DNA of 64,000 bases, taken from the NCBI GenBank assembly GCA_001822835.1, contig MHSS01000005.1, positions 1,719-65,718 of the forward strand. The letters run 5' to 3'. The position numbers and the translations under genes are program-made. Positions 44,786 through 54,400 of the stretch are shown here, in pieces. Within the stretch, counting starts at the first letter, position 1, and the number at the start of each line of letters is the position of its first letter. This stretch comes from Candidatus Terrybacteria bacterium RIFCSPHIGHO2_01_FULL_48_17. GTDB lineage: Bacteria > Patescibacteriota > Minisyncoccia > Terrybacterales > 2-01-FULL-58-14. Under the pieces are notes generated by a model. It saw only the letters and a list, made by a program, of their open reading frames with translations. It did no database searches and was not told the DNA's origin.

Positions 44786-45382
44786 TTATATATGCAGTGT
44801 TGGCTTAATGCGCTGAAAATCGTCCTCGAGCCGTTTCCATACCTCAAATGTTGCCATGGCATCGGGCAGGGCACTATGAGCACCCTCGGCAGAAACCCCA
44901 AATGCTTCACGCGCAACGCGCAAACCAAATCTTGGCCCGAACTCTTCTTCCCGCCCCACAAGCTTTGCCCAGCGTATAAAGTCCATCTTGATATCGTGCC
45001 AAGTGTAGTCAATTCCACAGCCGGAAATAGTGAACCCTGCCCTGTTTAGCGCTGTTTCCAAAAACGCGCGGTCAAACCCCACATTCCAACCGCAAGGAGT
45101 GGAACCGGAGAGTATGCCGCATAGCTTTTGCATGGCTTCCTGTTGTGGCAATGCGCCCTGCCATGCTTCGGGCGTAAAATGGTTAATCGCAAGCGATTCT
45201 GGGTCGGCAATTTCCAGATGCTCTGGCATAATTTTCAACTCATGCGTATCTTTCAACTCCCTTGTTTTTGGATCAACCATTGCAATGCCAACCTCGATAA
45301 TCTCGTGACTGCCGGGGTCGCGGCCGGTTGTTTCAATATCGAGAAAAGCAAGATGCGAATATTCCTGTAACATGCGTTTCAT
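44786..45382 (-). CDS. DEDDh 3'-5' exonuclease (DnaQ-like)
   Basis: LDIETTG, IIEVG, NVGFDRAFL, HSALPDA. Confidence 0.9.
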   Translation of the reverse strand: MKRMLQEYSHLAFLDIETTGRDPGSHEIIEVGIAMVDPKTRELKDTHELKIMPEHLEIADPESLAINHFTPEAWQGALPQQEAMQKLCGILSGSTPCGWNVGFDRAFLETALNRAGFTISGCGIDYTWHDIKMDFIRWAKLVGREEEFGPRFGLRVAREAFGVSAEGAHSALPDAMATFEVWKRLEDDFQRIKPTLHI

Positions 45383-45437
45383 TATAACTGTTTGCGCCCT
45401 CATTGCAAACAAAAACGCACGGTTAACCCGTGCGCGT

Positions 45438-46019
45438 TTATGTCTTTGCGTTTTGTTTAAGATATGTCCACATGTCCTCCAACAAGAGCCGTCCGTTTAC
45501 AAATACAGGAATTGTGCGCGTCCCCAAATAGCCGATTGCTAAGAAACCTCGGCGCTGCGAATGTTTCTGAATATAACCGCACACCAACTCTGCGCGTTTC
45601 CCTACTAATGAGTTTAGAATATCCTGCGGCGAAGGATAAATCTCAACGAGAAACGTAACGGGGTGCGTATGTACAAAAATGATCTGTTCATTATCCCGTA
45701 CCATCCCTTGGGTAACAAGTAGGAGTAGTTTCGATTCGTCCCACCTGATTGCGTTGACTGGAGCCGAATCGTTCTTAATTTTTAGCATGCCGCGTTCCAC
45801 AATCACACCGTTAGTATCTAAAAAGTCGTGGCTGATAATATTCGTAACTCGAAAACAAGAGCGTCCGCCTATTCCAACAAGGATGGCTGCTCGCTCCAAT
45901 GTTTCCATACAACTTAGCCATGCCTCAGCTGCAAGCTTGAAGGCAACCGGGGTATCAAGAATAATTTTCGCAGGCACCAAAGGCCACGGCCGCCACCATA
46001 TTTGTTTGCGGCGCGTCAT
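45438..46019 (-). CDS. JAB/MPN metalloisopeptidase-like protein
   Basis: ERAAILVG and JAMM motif HTHP.......PSPQD. Confidence 0.65.
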   Translation of the reverse strand: MTRRKQIWWRPWPLVPAKIILDTPVAFKLAAEAWLSCMETLERAAILVGIGGRSCFRVTNIISHDFLDTNGVIVERGMLKIKNDSAPVNAIRWDESKLLLLVTQGMVRDNEQIIFVHTHPVTFLVEIYPSPQDILNSLVGKRAELVCGYIQKHSQRRGFLAIGYLGTRTIPVFVNGRLLLEDMWTYLKQNAKT

Positions 46020-46047
46020 GCCGCACCGCCTTTTGTTGTCTCAAACA

Positions 46048-46764
46048 CTAGAAAAACTCCTCTGCCCTTACGCGATAGCCCCTCGGCTCCAGACGCTGTG
46101 TTACATCTTTGATCATGCCGCTATTGCCACATGCATATATCATCGTATTTTCTGGCAGAAGCTTGAAACGCATAAGAAATTCTTCGATTCGCTCATTCAC
46201 TCGCTTCGTTTCACCTTGCCATGCGGCGTTACGGGAATCCTGCGGGCGGCTTACGGTCGAAACGTACGTAACACTTTTTGTATTAGCAAGCTCCGTATCG
46301 TAACCGAACTCGTCACAATAGCTTGCGCCCTGGAATACATAAAACTTGTGGCCGGTACTGCCACCAAGCATTCGAATCATGCTGACAAATGGCGCAACAC
46401 CAGTAACAGTACAAACCATGACTTGATTGTGCAATGCGGGCTCAAAGAGAAATACGCCCTTGCCGCGATTAAACAGCATCTCAATCGTATCCCCTATCTT
46501 AAGCTCCCAGAGTTTAGGTGTAAGCGCTCCGTGAGGTACTAATTCGATAAAAAATTCGAGAAAACCCTCATGCGGAGCAGAAGCAATGCTATATGGTCTC
46601 TTAATTCCATCCTTCATAAATGTACAGTATTGGCCCGGCGCAAAAGGAAACAAAGTTTCTGGTTTAAGCGTGAGTATCATTAAATCCTGCGTAAGATCCC
46701 TTCGATCAACCACGAGGGCTTTGGGATAATTTTTCTCCACTAGCTTCCTCTCTTCTTTTCTCAA
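46048..46764 (-). CDS. fpr: Ferredoxin/flavodoxin-NADP+ reductase
   Basis: PGQY, RPYSIAS, GALTP.L, TGVAPF, VSR, YACGNSGM, terminal EEFF. Confidence 0.88.
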   Translation of the reverse strand: MRKEERKLVEKNYPKALVVDRRDLTQDLMILTLKPETLFPFAPGQYCTFMKDGIKRPYSIASAPHEGFLEFFIELVPHGALTPKLWELKIGDTIEMLFNRGKGVFLFEPALHNQVMVCTVTGVAPFVSMIRMLGGSTGHKFYVFQGASYCDEFGYDTELANTKSVTYVSTVSRPQDSRNAAWQGETKRVNERIEEFLMRFKLLPENTMIYACGNSGMIKDVTQRLEPRGYRVRAEEFF

Positions 46765-46862
46765 CGAACTGCGCTTTATCTATACCGCACCTTTTTAAAA
46801 AAATCAACGCCGTCTGATCGGACGGCATCTATGCACTCTTCTCTTGACACTTTTCACCCTTT

Positions 46863-47861
46863 TTACCACACATACGCTTCCCTAATCCAGCGAATCAATG
46901 CGTATGCTTCTGCAAACCTGTCTTCGGCCCCAAGCACTGTCAAAACGACAATACGCCTTTCGTTCGGCGCCAATGTCGGCCGAAACGCCAAAGCAATAGT
47001 ACCTCGCGCTTCATCGGTAAAACCTGTTTTCCCCGCAATAATCCCGGGAACCTCTTCCAGTAATTCATTGGTGGTGGTAAGACGCCGCGGAAAAGAACCG
47101 TCACTACGCGCAATCGTAGCTTCTTTGGAAGCTAAAATCTCTTGCAACGTTGTATTTTGAATCGCTTGCTCTAGCAATACCGACACGTCGTGCGCGGTAG
47201 AGAAATGCCCATCCGCATCAAGTCCGTGTGCATTCACAAAATGCGTCTGTGAAAGCCCAAATGCTTGGGTGATTTGAGAAAGTTTTTGTAAAACGGATTT
47301 CTCGCCTCCGAGATATTCAACGAATGCCTCCGCCGCATCATTGCTTGAAGGAACCAAAAGCGCTTTCATAAGCTCGTTGCGCTGCAGCGTTTCCCCAACA
47401 ATTAAATTACCCGCAGATCCTTCTATGCCAACTGCACTCTGCGTTATAAGAATTTCTACGTCAGCGGGAATTTCTTTCATCACTACAAGCGCGGTTGCGA
47501 GTTTTGTTAAGCTTGCAATGGGAAGCTGGTCGTTTTCGTGAAAGGCAAGCAACACATGGTGGCTTGGGAGAATCTGGGCATACACTGCACGCGCCCCTAT
47601 TTCAATATTAGGGACAGAGGAAATGCGCTCCGGTATTTGCCATTCGGGCTTTATTTCCGCTTGCGGCAACGCCCCAAAGGAAACAATGGTCGCCGACGCA
47701 TCAAATAAGACATCGGTTGGGCTTGCCGCGTCTTTAGTATCGGATTCCGCGTTGCTAGTTCCTTCGACCAGCGACGCCTGCGAAGACCCAAAATACCGGC
47801 CGACTATCACAGCCGCCAGCAAAAGCGCAATGAGAAAGAAGAAACGGAGGGAAGGAAACAT
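46863..47861 (-). CDS. D-alanyl-D-alanine carboxypeptidase (peptidase S11)
   Basis: ASLTK, SSN, HGLD, KTGFT; start ATG 47861. Confidence 0.92.
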   Translation of the reverse strand: MFPSLRFFFLIALLLAAVIVGRYFGSSQASLVEGTSNAESDTKDAASPTDVLFDASATIVSFGALPQAEIKPEWQIPERISSVPNIEIGARAVYAQILPSHHVLLAFHENDQLPIASLTKLATALVVMKEIPADVEILITQSAVGIEGSAGNLIVGETLQRNELMKALLVPSSNDAAEAFVEYLGGEKSVLQKLSQITQAFGLSQTHFVNAHGLDADGHFSTAHDVSVLLEQAIQNTTLQEILASKEATIARSDGSFPRRLTTTNELLEEVPGIIAGKTGFTDEARGTIALAFRPTLAPNERRIVVLTVLGAEDRFAEAYALIRWIREAYVW

Positions 47862-47874
47862 AATAGATATCGCC

Positions 47875-49296
47875 TCATTTCTTTTTGGTATCCCTAAGCT
47901 GCAACCCAAGTTCTTTTAGCTGCTCATCGCTTGCAGGAGCGGGAGTATTCATCATGGGGTCGCGGCCATCGCCGGTTTTAGGAAATGCGATAACCTCACG
48001 GATATTTGGTGCGCCACAGAGCACCGCAACCACCCGATCAATCCCCGAAGCAATGCCACCGTGAGGAGGGGCGCCATATGTAAATGCCTCAAGCATATGG
48101 CCAAATTGCTTTTGAATCTCTTTGCGTTCATGCCCCATTACGCGAAACGTTGCTTCAAGGATAGCTGGGTCATGGGCGCGAATTGAGCCACCCGCAATTT
48201 CTGATCCGTTTAAAACCAAATCGTATTGCTCCGATCGAACTTTAGCCGGATCGTCAAGCATTTCTTGGGGCGTTACAACGCGGGGCTTGCCGAAAGGATT
48301 GTGCATGGCACCCCACCGGCCTTCTTCATCGCGCTCAAACATAGGAAAATCGGTTACCCATAGAAAGGCAAGCTCGTTTGAATCGTTTTTATCTTTACGC
48401 AGATCAGGACGATCCGTACCATACTGCTTTATCGCATCATCGTACACAAGATGCGGAAACGGGGTATGTGCAATAACTCTTTCCGGAAACAGCTCTCGGA
48501 CCAACGCGGTAAAAAGCCCTTCGATAAGCCCCATCACATCCTTTTGTTCAACAAATGCCATTTCTATATCAAGCTGGGTGTGCTCGGGCTGCCGATCGCC
48601 GCGCGTATCCTCATCGCGCAGCGCTCTGGCGAGTTGGAAATACCGCTCAACCCCACCGATTACAAGAAGCTGCTTGTATTGCTGGGGCGATTGGGGCAAA
48701 GCATAAAAATTTCCCGGCTGTTTTCGGGAAGGCACTAAAAAATCTCGAGCCCCCTCGGGTGTGGAGCGAGTTAAAAGCGGGGTTTCAACCTCTAGAAACC
48801 CTTTCGCAAGAAGAAAATTACGGGCAAACTGGATTACTTTGGCGCGGACGTTTAAGCGCGCGCGCAAATCGGTTCGGCGCAAATCCAAATAACGGTATTT
48901 TAAGCGCAACTCCTCATCAACTTTCATTGCCTGCTCATCCGATACCGTAATCTCAAACGGCGGTGTCGCAGCTTCATTAATTACCTCAAGCTTTTCTGCG
49001 ACAAGTTCGATATTTCCTAAAACAAGATCGGGGTTTTGGGTGCCCTTTGGACGCTCTTTAACTATTCCTTCGACATGCACAACCCACTCCGGCCGCAGAT
49101 CTTTGGCCCGTGAAAGCTCGGATGCCTCCGGGCGTAATACCACCTGCAATAATGCTGTCTCGTCGCGAAGGTCAATAAAAATCAGCTTTCCATGATCGCG
49201 GCGCACGTGAACCCACCCATAAACAGAAACGCGCTCGCCTACGCGACCGGAAAGATTACAATTGTAAATTCGCTGCTCTGCTACGGGCCCCATCAT
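47875..49296 (-). CDS. aspS: Aspartate-tRNA ligase, short form lacking GAD domain, probably non-discriminating
   Basis: RRDHGKLIFIDLRD, RLKYRYLDLRR, ALPQSPQ, RDED.R.DRQPE, GGSIR, PPHGG; 473 aa. Confidence 0.95.
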   Translation of the reverse strand: MMGPVAEQRIYNCNLSGRVGERVSVYGWVHVRRDHGKLIFIDLRDETALLQVVLRPEASELSRAKDLRPEWVVHVEGIVKERPKGTQNPDLVLGNIELVAEKLEVINEAATPPFEITVSDEQAMKVDEELRLKYRYLDLRRTDLRARLNVRAKVIQFARNFLLAKGFLEVETPLLTRSTPEGARDFLVPSRKQPGNFYALPQSPQQYKQLLVIGGVERYFQLARALRDEDTRGDRQPEHTQLDIEMAFVEQKDVMGLIEGLFTALVRELFPERVIAHTPFPHLVYDDAIKQYGTDRPDLRKDKNDSNELAFLWVTDFPMFERDEEGRWGAMHNPFGKPRVVTPQEMLDDPAKVRSEQYDLVLNGSEIAGGSIRAHDPAILEATFRVMGHERKEIQKQFGHMLEAFTYGAPPHGGIASGIDRVVAVLCGAPNIREVIAFPKTGDGRDPMMNTPAPASDEQLKELGLQLRDTKKK

Positions 49297-49667
49297 ATAC
49301 CGAGAATCTCGTTTACCTTGCGGATAATCTCCGTGGGGGTCATATTCGCTTTCACAAAATATTCCTGTGCCCCAAGGGCTGCTGCTTTATCGCGAGATTG
49401 GGTGTCGTCGTAATTTGTCAACATCACAACGGGAATGCCGGCGTATTCTGCGTTCCCCCGAAGCTCTTCTAAAATTTCCAGGCCCGATTTGCCTGGCAAC
49501 AAAATATCGAGCAAAATAAGATCCGGTTTCTTTACTTTTAAAGCACCGTATACTTCTTCCTCGTTTTGTGCAATCGCAACCGAAAATCCTGCCTCTTGCA
49601 GTTTTACCTTATAAATCTCTACGTGTAATAACTCGTCTTCGACAACAAGAATGTGTTTTTGTTCCAT
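49293..49667 (-). CDS. Single-domain response regulator
   Basis: ILVVEDE, PDLILLDILLP..SG, MLTN, K; start ATG 49667. Confidence 0.93.
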   Translation of the reverse strand: MEQKHILVVEDELLHVEIYKVKLQEAGFSVAIAQNEEEVYGALKVKKPDLILLDILLPGKSGLEILEELRGNAEYAGIPVVMLTNYDDTQSRDKAAALGAQEYFVKANMTPTEIIRKVNEILGI

Positions 49668-49698
49668 AAAATCTGTGGTACCGATGGACAACGTTAAT

Positions 49699-51318
49699 TT
49701 ACGCTGAAGCAATGGGGAGGGCGACAGTGAATGTTGAACCCTTCCCAAGGCCGGGGCTTGACGCTTCAATGGTTCCTCCATGCGCTTCAACGATTTTACG
49801 CGCAAGGTAAAGCCCAAGACCGGTTCCTGCCGCATCCAGTTTTGGCATCTCGATGCCCCGCTCGAATTTACCGAAAAGATGTTTCGAGTCCTCTTGGGTC
49901 ATGCCACGACCGGTATCCTGAACTTCAAGTTTAAGCACATTTCCCTCGCGGCTCATACGAACCCATATTGTGCCCTTATCTGTATATTTTATGGCATTAT
50001 CCATTAAATTCAAGACCACTTGTCGGAAACGAACGGTATCCAATGATGTTTGCGGCAACCCTTGTGGAAGCGTCGCCTCCAGAGAAAGGTTACGCCGCTT
50101 CGCATTTTGCCCCAATTCGTCAACAACGGAACCCACAAGTTCTGAAAGATCAACGGATTTCTTTTCAAATATCATTTTACCCGACTCGATGCGGGAAATA
50201 TCCAAAAGATCACGAATTAACACAATAAGCCGTTCGTTTGAAATATATACCTTTTGCAAAATCCCTTGAAGGCGCTCGGGTATTTGACCATACGTTCCTT
50301 CAATAACCATGGAAAGAAATCCCTTAATAGCGGTAAGGGGGGTGCGCAATTGGTGTGAAGCCAACGAAACGAACTCGGTTTTCGCAGCATCAAGCTCGCG
50401 TAAACGGTTATTGGCACTCTCAAGATCCTTTGCTAACGCCTCAATGAGTTCACGTTGCTTTACTTCTTTTAAAACACTACGGAGCAGTAAAATGCCAAAG
50501 ATTAATATAAGAACGAATACCGAAACCCTTGTGAGTAGGGTGACCGCATCCTTAGAAACAACGAATTCGATGAGGGAAATCGACGCCAGCACAAAAATAA
50601 GTATACCAATGGCAGTCGCCCGTACATTCAAAAGGTTGTATCTTACGATAGCGAGAGCGGTAAAACCTACAAATGGAAAGGTAAATGCGGCGGCAAAAGG
50701 AATAAACGCGGTGTTGCCAAAGGCAGTCGGAAGTACGAAACTAAACGCAATAATAGATCCGAGCGTCAATAACAATCCAAGAAAAAGATATAGATGTTGT
50801 ATTCTTGCTTCTCCCCGAAGCCTTATAATTCGTCGTGCGAGTATCAAAAGAGCACCCAAATCAAAAAATAAGACCGTTGCCCCAAAAAACATGATACCTG
50901 GCCCCACCACCGGCGATCCCACAACACCGGCAGGATCTGATTGGATGCTCTCAAACGTATAAGGACTGAGAGTAATAACCATCGCTACCATAGACCACAA
51001 GAAAATAAATATAAGCACCCTCGGTGACAGAGAAATCGTGGGCCCAGGGAAGGTTTTTACCAATAAAAAAGCAAACGTAGCAAATGGTATCGCTGAAAAT
51101 AATACAAATCTCGCAAGCCAGAGAGTGCTTTCTGGATCATCTGTACTGGATGAGAAAAAATTAACGCTTCCCCATACCACAATGGATGCGGTAAGAGCAA
51201 AAAAGAATCGGTTTGTTGCACTACTTGGATCTCGAAAAAGGATCAGAAATCCCAACACAAGATGTGCCGCAATAATAATCCCCAAAATAGTTATGTCTGT
51301 AGGCGAAAACAGCCACAT
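49699..51318 (-). CDS. Sensor histidine kinase with multi-TM (HisKA_7TM-like) input domain
   Basis: About nine hydrophobic helices; SHQLRTPL, NLMDNAIKY, DTGRG, GTGLGL. Confidence 0.95.
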   Translation of the reverse strand: MWLFSPTDITILGIIIAAHLVLGFLILFRDPSSATNRFFFALTASIVVWGSVNFFSSSTDDPESTLWLARFVLFSAIPFATFAFLLVKTFPGPTISLSPRVLIFIFLWSMVAMVITLSPYTFESIQSDPAGVVGSPVVGPGIMFFGATVLFFDLGALLILARRIIRLRGEARIQHLYLFLGLLLTLGSIIAFSFVLPTAFGNTAFIPFAAAFTFPFVGFTALAIVRYNLLNVRATAIGILIFVLASISLIEFVVSKDAVTLLTRVSVFVLILIFGILLLRSVLKEVKQRELIEALAKDLESANNRLRELDAAKTEFVSLASHQLRTPLTAIKGFLSMVIEGTYGQIPERLQGILQKVYISNERLIVLIRDLLDISRIESGKMIFEKKSVDLSELVGSVVDELGQNAKRRNLSLEATLPQGLPQTSLDTVRFRQVVLNLMDNAIKYTDKGTIWVRMSREGNVLKLEVQDTGRGMTQEDSKHLFGKFERGIEMPKLDAAGTGLGLYLARKIVEAHGGTIEASSPGLGKGSTFTVALPIASA

Positions 51319-51321
51319 AGT

Positions 51322-52251
51322 TTATACGATGGTACGAAGATATGACCCGACCGAAAAGAATTCAATCGCCCTATTCTTCTTTAACTCTGATTTCTTAGGA
51401 TCGCGCAAGCGTGAAAATATGGCTCCATTTAACAAAACGGGGTGTTTCCAGGCGGCAATGGAGGGAGGAAGAAAAAGGAAAGGACTTTTCACATCGTCAT
51501 ATTCGAATACCGTTTGTGCTATTTCGCCAATGATCTTATCGAGTTGTAATTTTTCAGAACCGCGTAAATGGTGACGGAATTTGGAATGAAATAAAAGATC
51601 TATAGATTTATTTGAAAAATACTTAGACAAGCTAAAAATATCATTATGGGCGAAAATAACTAAAAAGTTCTTGCGCATGTTTTCCTTCAGTTGCCGAAGG
51701 TGCTGAAAATCAAGATGTTCAACAACGAGGAAATCAGTAAAGTTTGAGAGTGTTTTAAGGTTGTCTCGCGAAACGTTTAGTGCGGCTTCAGATTTTTCTA
51801 TATTTACAAAAATAAGTGGTGCGGTGTACTTCTGCAGTATTAAGGTCTCCATAACCTGCCGCTCAACTTCCATTCCCCCACCCCCCAGATCAAATATAAA
51901 AGACGGCGCGTGCTCCTTAATATATTGCACTATCTTTTTACGCAGAGGCCTTATAAGTCCGGGGAAGTCCTTCCTCTCTATCTCGATTAATCGTTCTTGT
52001 AATTCCCGATCCCACCGCGGAAATGGAAAATCCGCAAGTTCTAACAAGCGATCCCCATTAATGCGCGGAGCCCGCGTTATAAGCCACCACAGGTATTTTG
52101 GAATGTTTTGTGCCGCCTCAAAAAAGCGGATATTTTCATCAACCGCATATAATATGTCAGACGAAGATTCTTTCTGACGGAGGAAAGCGAGATCAGAAAG
52201 TATTTCGCTAATAAGTTGACTCTTGGCGGATGGGCTTCCTGAAAAAAACAT
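51322..52251 (-). CDS. Class I SAM-dependent methyltransferase-like protein
   Basis: IFDLGGGG motif I, acidic residue after beta-2 (NIEKS), IDLLF...FRHHL. Confidence 0.65.
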   Translation of the reverse strand: MFFSGSPSAKSQLISEILSDLAFLRQKESSSDILYAVDENIRFFEAAQNIPKYLWWLITRAPRINGDRLLELADFPFPRWDRELQERLIEIERKDFPGLIRPLRKKIVQYIKEHAPSFIFDLGGGGMEVERQVMETLILQKYTAPLIFVNIEKSEAALNVSRDNLKTLSNFTDFLVVEHLDFQHLRQLKENMRKNFLVIFAHNDIFSLSKYFSNKSIDLLFHSKFRHHLRGSEKLQLDKIIGEIAQTVFEYDDVKSPFLFLPPSIAAWKHPVLLNGAIFSRLRDPKKSELKKNRAIEFFSVGSYLRTIV

Positions 52252-52300
52252 AAATAAGTTGCTTGAAAATCCTTAGCACGAAAAATTTTGTAAATAAAAA

Positions 52301-53380
52301 CTAGTTTGACAGATCTTCAAGATGAATAAAATATCGACCCGAGGGCATTTTTGCTCTACTGGCTATCTGGCGCACCACGTAACAAATGGCAGCACCCCGT
52401 AGGAACGAAGATTCGGCAATTTGAGGGATGCCGGCAAGTGTTTTACCGACTTTTAGAAACGATGAACGCAAACGCGAATGCAGATACCGCGCTCCCATGA
52501 AATCCCGTGCAAGCAACATGCGTTCGGTGAACGTTCCAGTGCCCTGCTGAAGCCTTACGACCTTCCCAGCCACCTGCGGGCGTAAAAAGCCGTTTAATAA
52601 CGCAAGCCGAGGATTTTGGTCAAAGCGCTCAACATCTACAATAACATTCGGGCCATTCCCAGTAACCATTACAACGGGTATCCGAAATTTCCGCGCCTTT
52701 TCGCGAATTGATATCTTAAGCTTCATATCATCCATCTCTTCAACCAACACATCTACTTTGGGCCTTAAAAGAAACGCCTCTTCTTTTCCGGGCTCAACAC
52801 CGTTCTCAAAAACTTTCAGTTTTGCAAACGGGTTTATCTCGTAAATCTGCCGAGCTGTAAGAACCGCCTTATTTATTCCCAAATCGGGAAGCCCCGCACG
52901 AAATCTATTAAGGTTAGATAGCGCCAACACATCATTGTCTGCAAGTTTTAAAAGTCCAGCAGCACCCTCAAGCGCAAGGCATATAGCACCCGGATTTCCC
53001 ACGTTAAGCCCCGCAAAAGCAATTCGAAGATTCTTAAGTTGCCTTTGTTCTCTTGGTAAAATCAGATTGAAATTCCGCGATAACCGCACCTGCTCATGCT
53101 TATTCAGCTCAAGTACGTGCACAAGCGCTGCCCGCCACGGAAAATATATCCACAAACCAAAGCTTGAGGCGCGCTGTTCTTTTGCGGGTCTGGAAAAAAG
53201 TAACGCGTGGCTGATACGGCGGGGATTGTGAACAAACCCAAGTTCTTTTTTTTGCTCTCCTACTTCGTCTACAATAAATTGGATTTTTTTTGTTCGTATA
53301 AGCTTTTGGGCATCTATACGATCCCTCCTTTTTTTAAAATTAAAAATGGTTGGCCGAAAAGAGTTCTCGTTCATATACAT
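52301..53380 (-). CDS. ThiF-family adenylyltransferase (Rv1355c-like)
   Basis: WIYFPWR..LVH.L, RNFNLI..EQ..L, AGLNVG, AD.D.L.LSNLNR, NKA, EINPF, VEEMDD..KI.IR. Confidence 0.88.
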   Translation of the reverse strand: MYMNENSFRPTIFNFKKRRDRIDAQKLIRTKKIQFIVDEVGEQKKELGFVHNPRRISHALLFSRPAKEQRASSFGLWIYFPWRAALVHVLELNKHEQVRLSRNFNLILPREQRQLKNLRIAFAGLNVGNPGAICLALEGAAGLLKLADNDVLALSNLNRFRAGLPDLGINKAVLTARQIYEINPFAKLKVFENGVEPGKEEAFLLRPKVDVLVEEMDDMKLKISIREKARKFRIPVVMVTGNGPNVIVDVERFDQNPRLALLNGFLRPQVAGKVVRLQQGTGTFTERMLLARDFMGARYLHSRLRSSFLKVGKTLAGIPQIAESSFLRGAAICYVVRQIASRAKMPSGRYFIHLEDLSN

Positions 53381-54393
53381 TTCTGCTCAACAGAATAACG
53401 AGGCGTTGGCCGAGAGGGATTAGCCATATAACCCATGCAAAAAAGAAATTGCGGACTAAAATCAGTTCCTATAAGTTCACGGATGTTGTTTGTAAACCCC
53501 CCAATTTCGATTGCCGCAACAAAAATAGAAGTTACCATTCCTTTCGCGGTACATTCGAGCATAAAACGCTCGGCAAGACGACCCGTTATTAACCAAGAAT
53601 GAGGGGTATTTTCCTTCGTTCCAATCACACAAGCTACAGGAGCCGATCTAATGCTTCTCGCATTAAGCTCCCCAAGCCGATTTCCGATATCTTTAAAACG
53701 AACAAGAAACGGGAACAAAAACGACGCCATCAATGGCAACCGTAATGCGTAACCCGGGATTCCGTCGCGTCCAGAAAACAGATTTGGACGCACCCAGTGA
53801 GACATTTCGTTACGAAAATCTTTGTTTTTATATGCTGTCTTGAGGGCATCTTTCGTAAAATCGGCAAGGCGGCCTTTCTGCGCTTCATCGGAAACAAAAA
53901 GGGGGCAAGTGTACTCGTCATAACGAATCCCAGAAAGCATTTCTAAAAAACCGGTTGGTATTTTTTGGTCCAGAAAAATACCACGCGAATTTCTCCGTTT
54001 TGTTATTGCTAAAAGAAGGTCCCCCGCCGAAGAATCTTTCTCTTGCGAATCTGGGTGCAGAAAAACCTCCGCTACCCGATCTCCTCCCTCCCCACGATAC
54101 GCTACGTCTTTAAATAGCCCAAAGTAGCGCGCGGCGATAATAAAATTTTCGAGGCAACACCCTATACTAATATACATGTCTCGCCTCAATGGATCGGCCT
54201 GCGGAAGGACGGCGGAACGATCAATAAAAAATTCGCAAGAGTTTCCGTTGATTTTAAAACGCCAGGGCTGAGAATTATGCGTGGAAGGAGCCAAGATCGC
54301 GTAACGCAATAAAAATGAAATCTTTTCGCGCAATGTTTTCTGCCGATAAAACTCTTGTTCTTTGATACGCCATGCGCGCTGAAGGTCGCCCAT
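53371..54393 (-). CDS. Acg-family FMN nitroreductase-like protein
   Basis: LAPSTHNSQPWRF, DP..R...IS.GC.LEN, I.KRR, G...ER..L, PQ.LF.MGY, TPR. Confidence 0.88.
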   Translation of the reverse strand: MGDLQRAWRIKEQEFYRQKTLREKISFLLRYAILAPSTHNSQPWRFKINGNSCEFFIDRSAVLPQADPLRRDMYISIGCCLENFIIAARYFGLFKDVAYRGEGGDRVAEVFLHPDSQEKDSSAGDLLLAITKRRNSRGIFLDQKIPTGFLEMLSGIRYDEYTCPLFVSDEAQKGRLADFTKDALKTAYKNKDFRNEMSHWVRPNLFSGRDGIPGYALRLPLMASFLFPFLVRFKDIGNRLGELNARSIRSAPVACVIGTKENTPHSWLITGRLAERFMLECTAKGMVTSIFVAAIEIGGFTNNIRELIGTDFSPQFLFCMGYMANPSRPTPRYSVEQKCI

Positions 54394-54400
54394 AATATTA

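Noticed and set aside
45679-46542. 287-aa plus-strand ORF
   Set aside because: Antisense to fpr and the JAB gene; no motif or RBS
45438-53380. JAB plus ThiF as a ubiquitin-like conjugation system
   Set aside because: They are 6 kb apart and separated by aspS and other genes; the ThiF is Rv1355c-like and tied to the nitroreductase; no Ubl or E2 is visible
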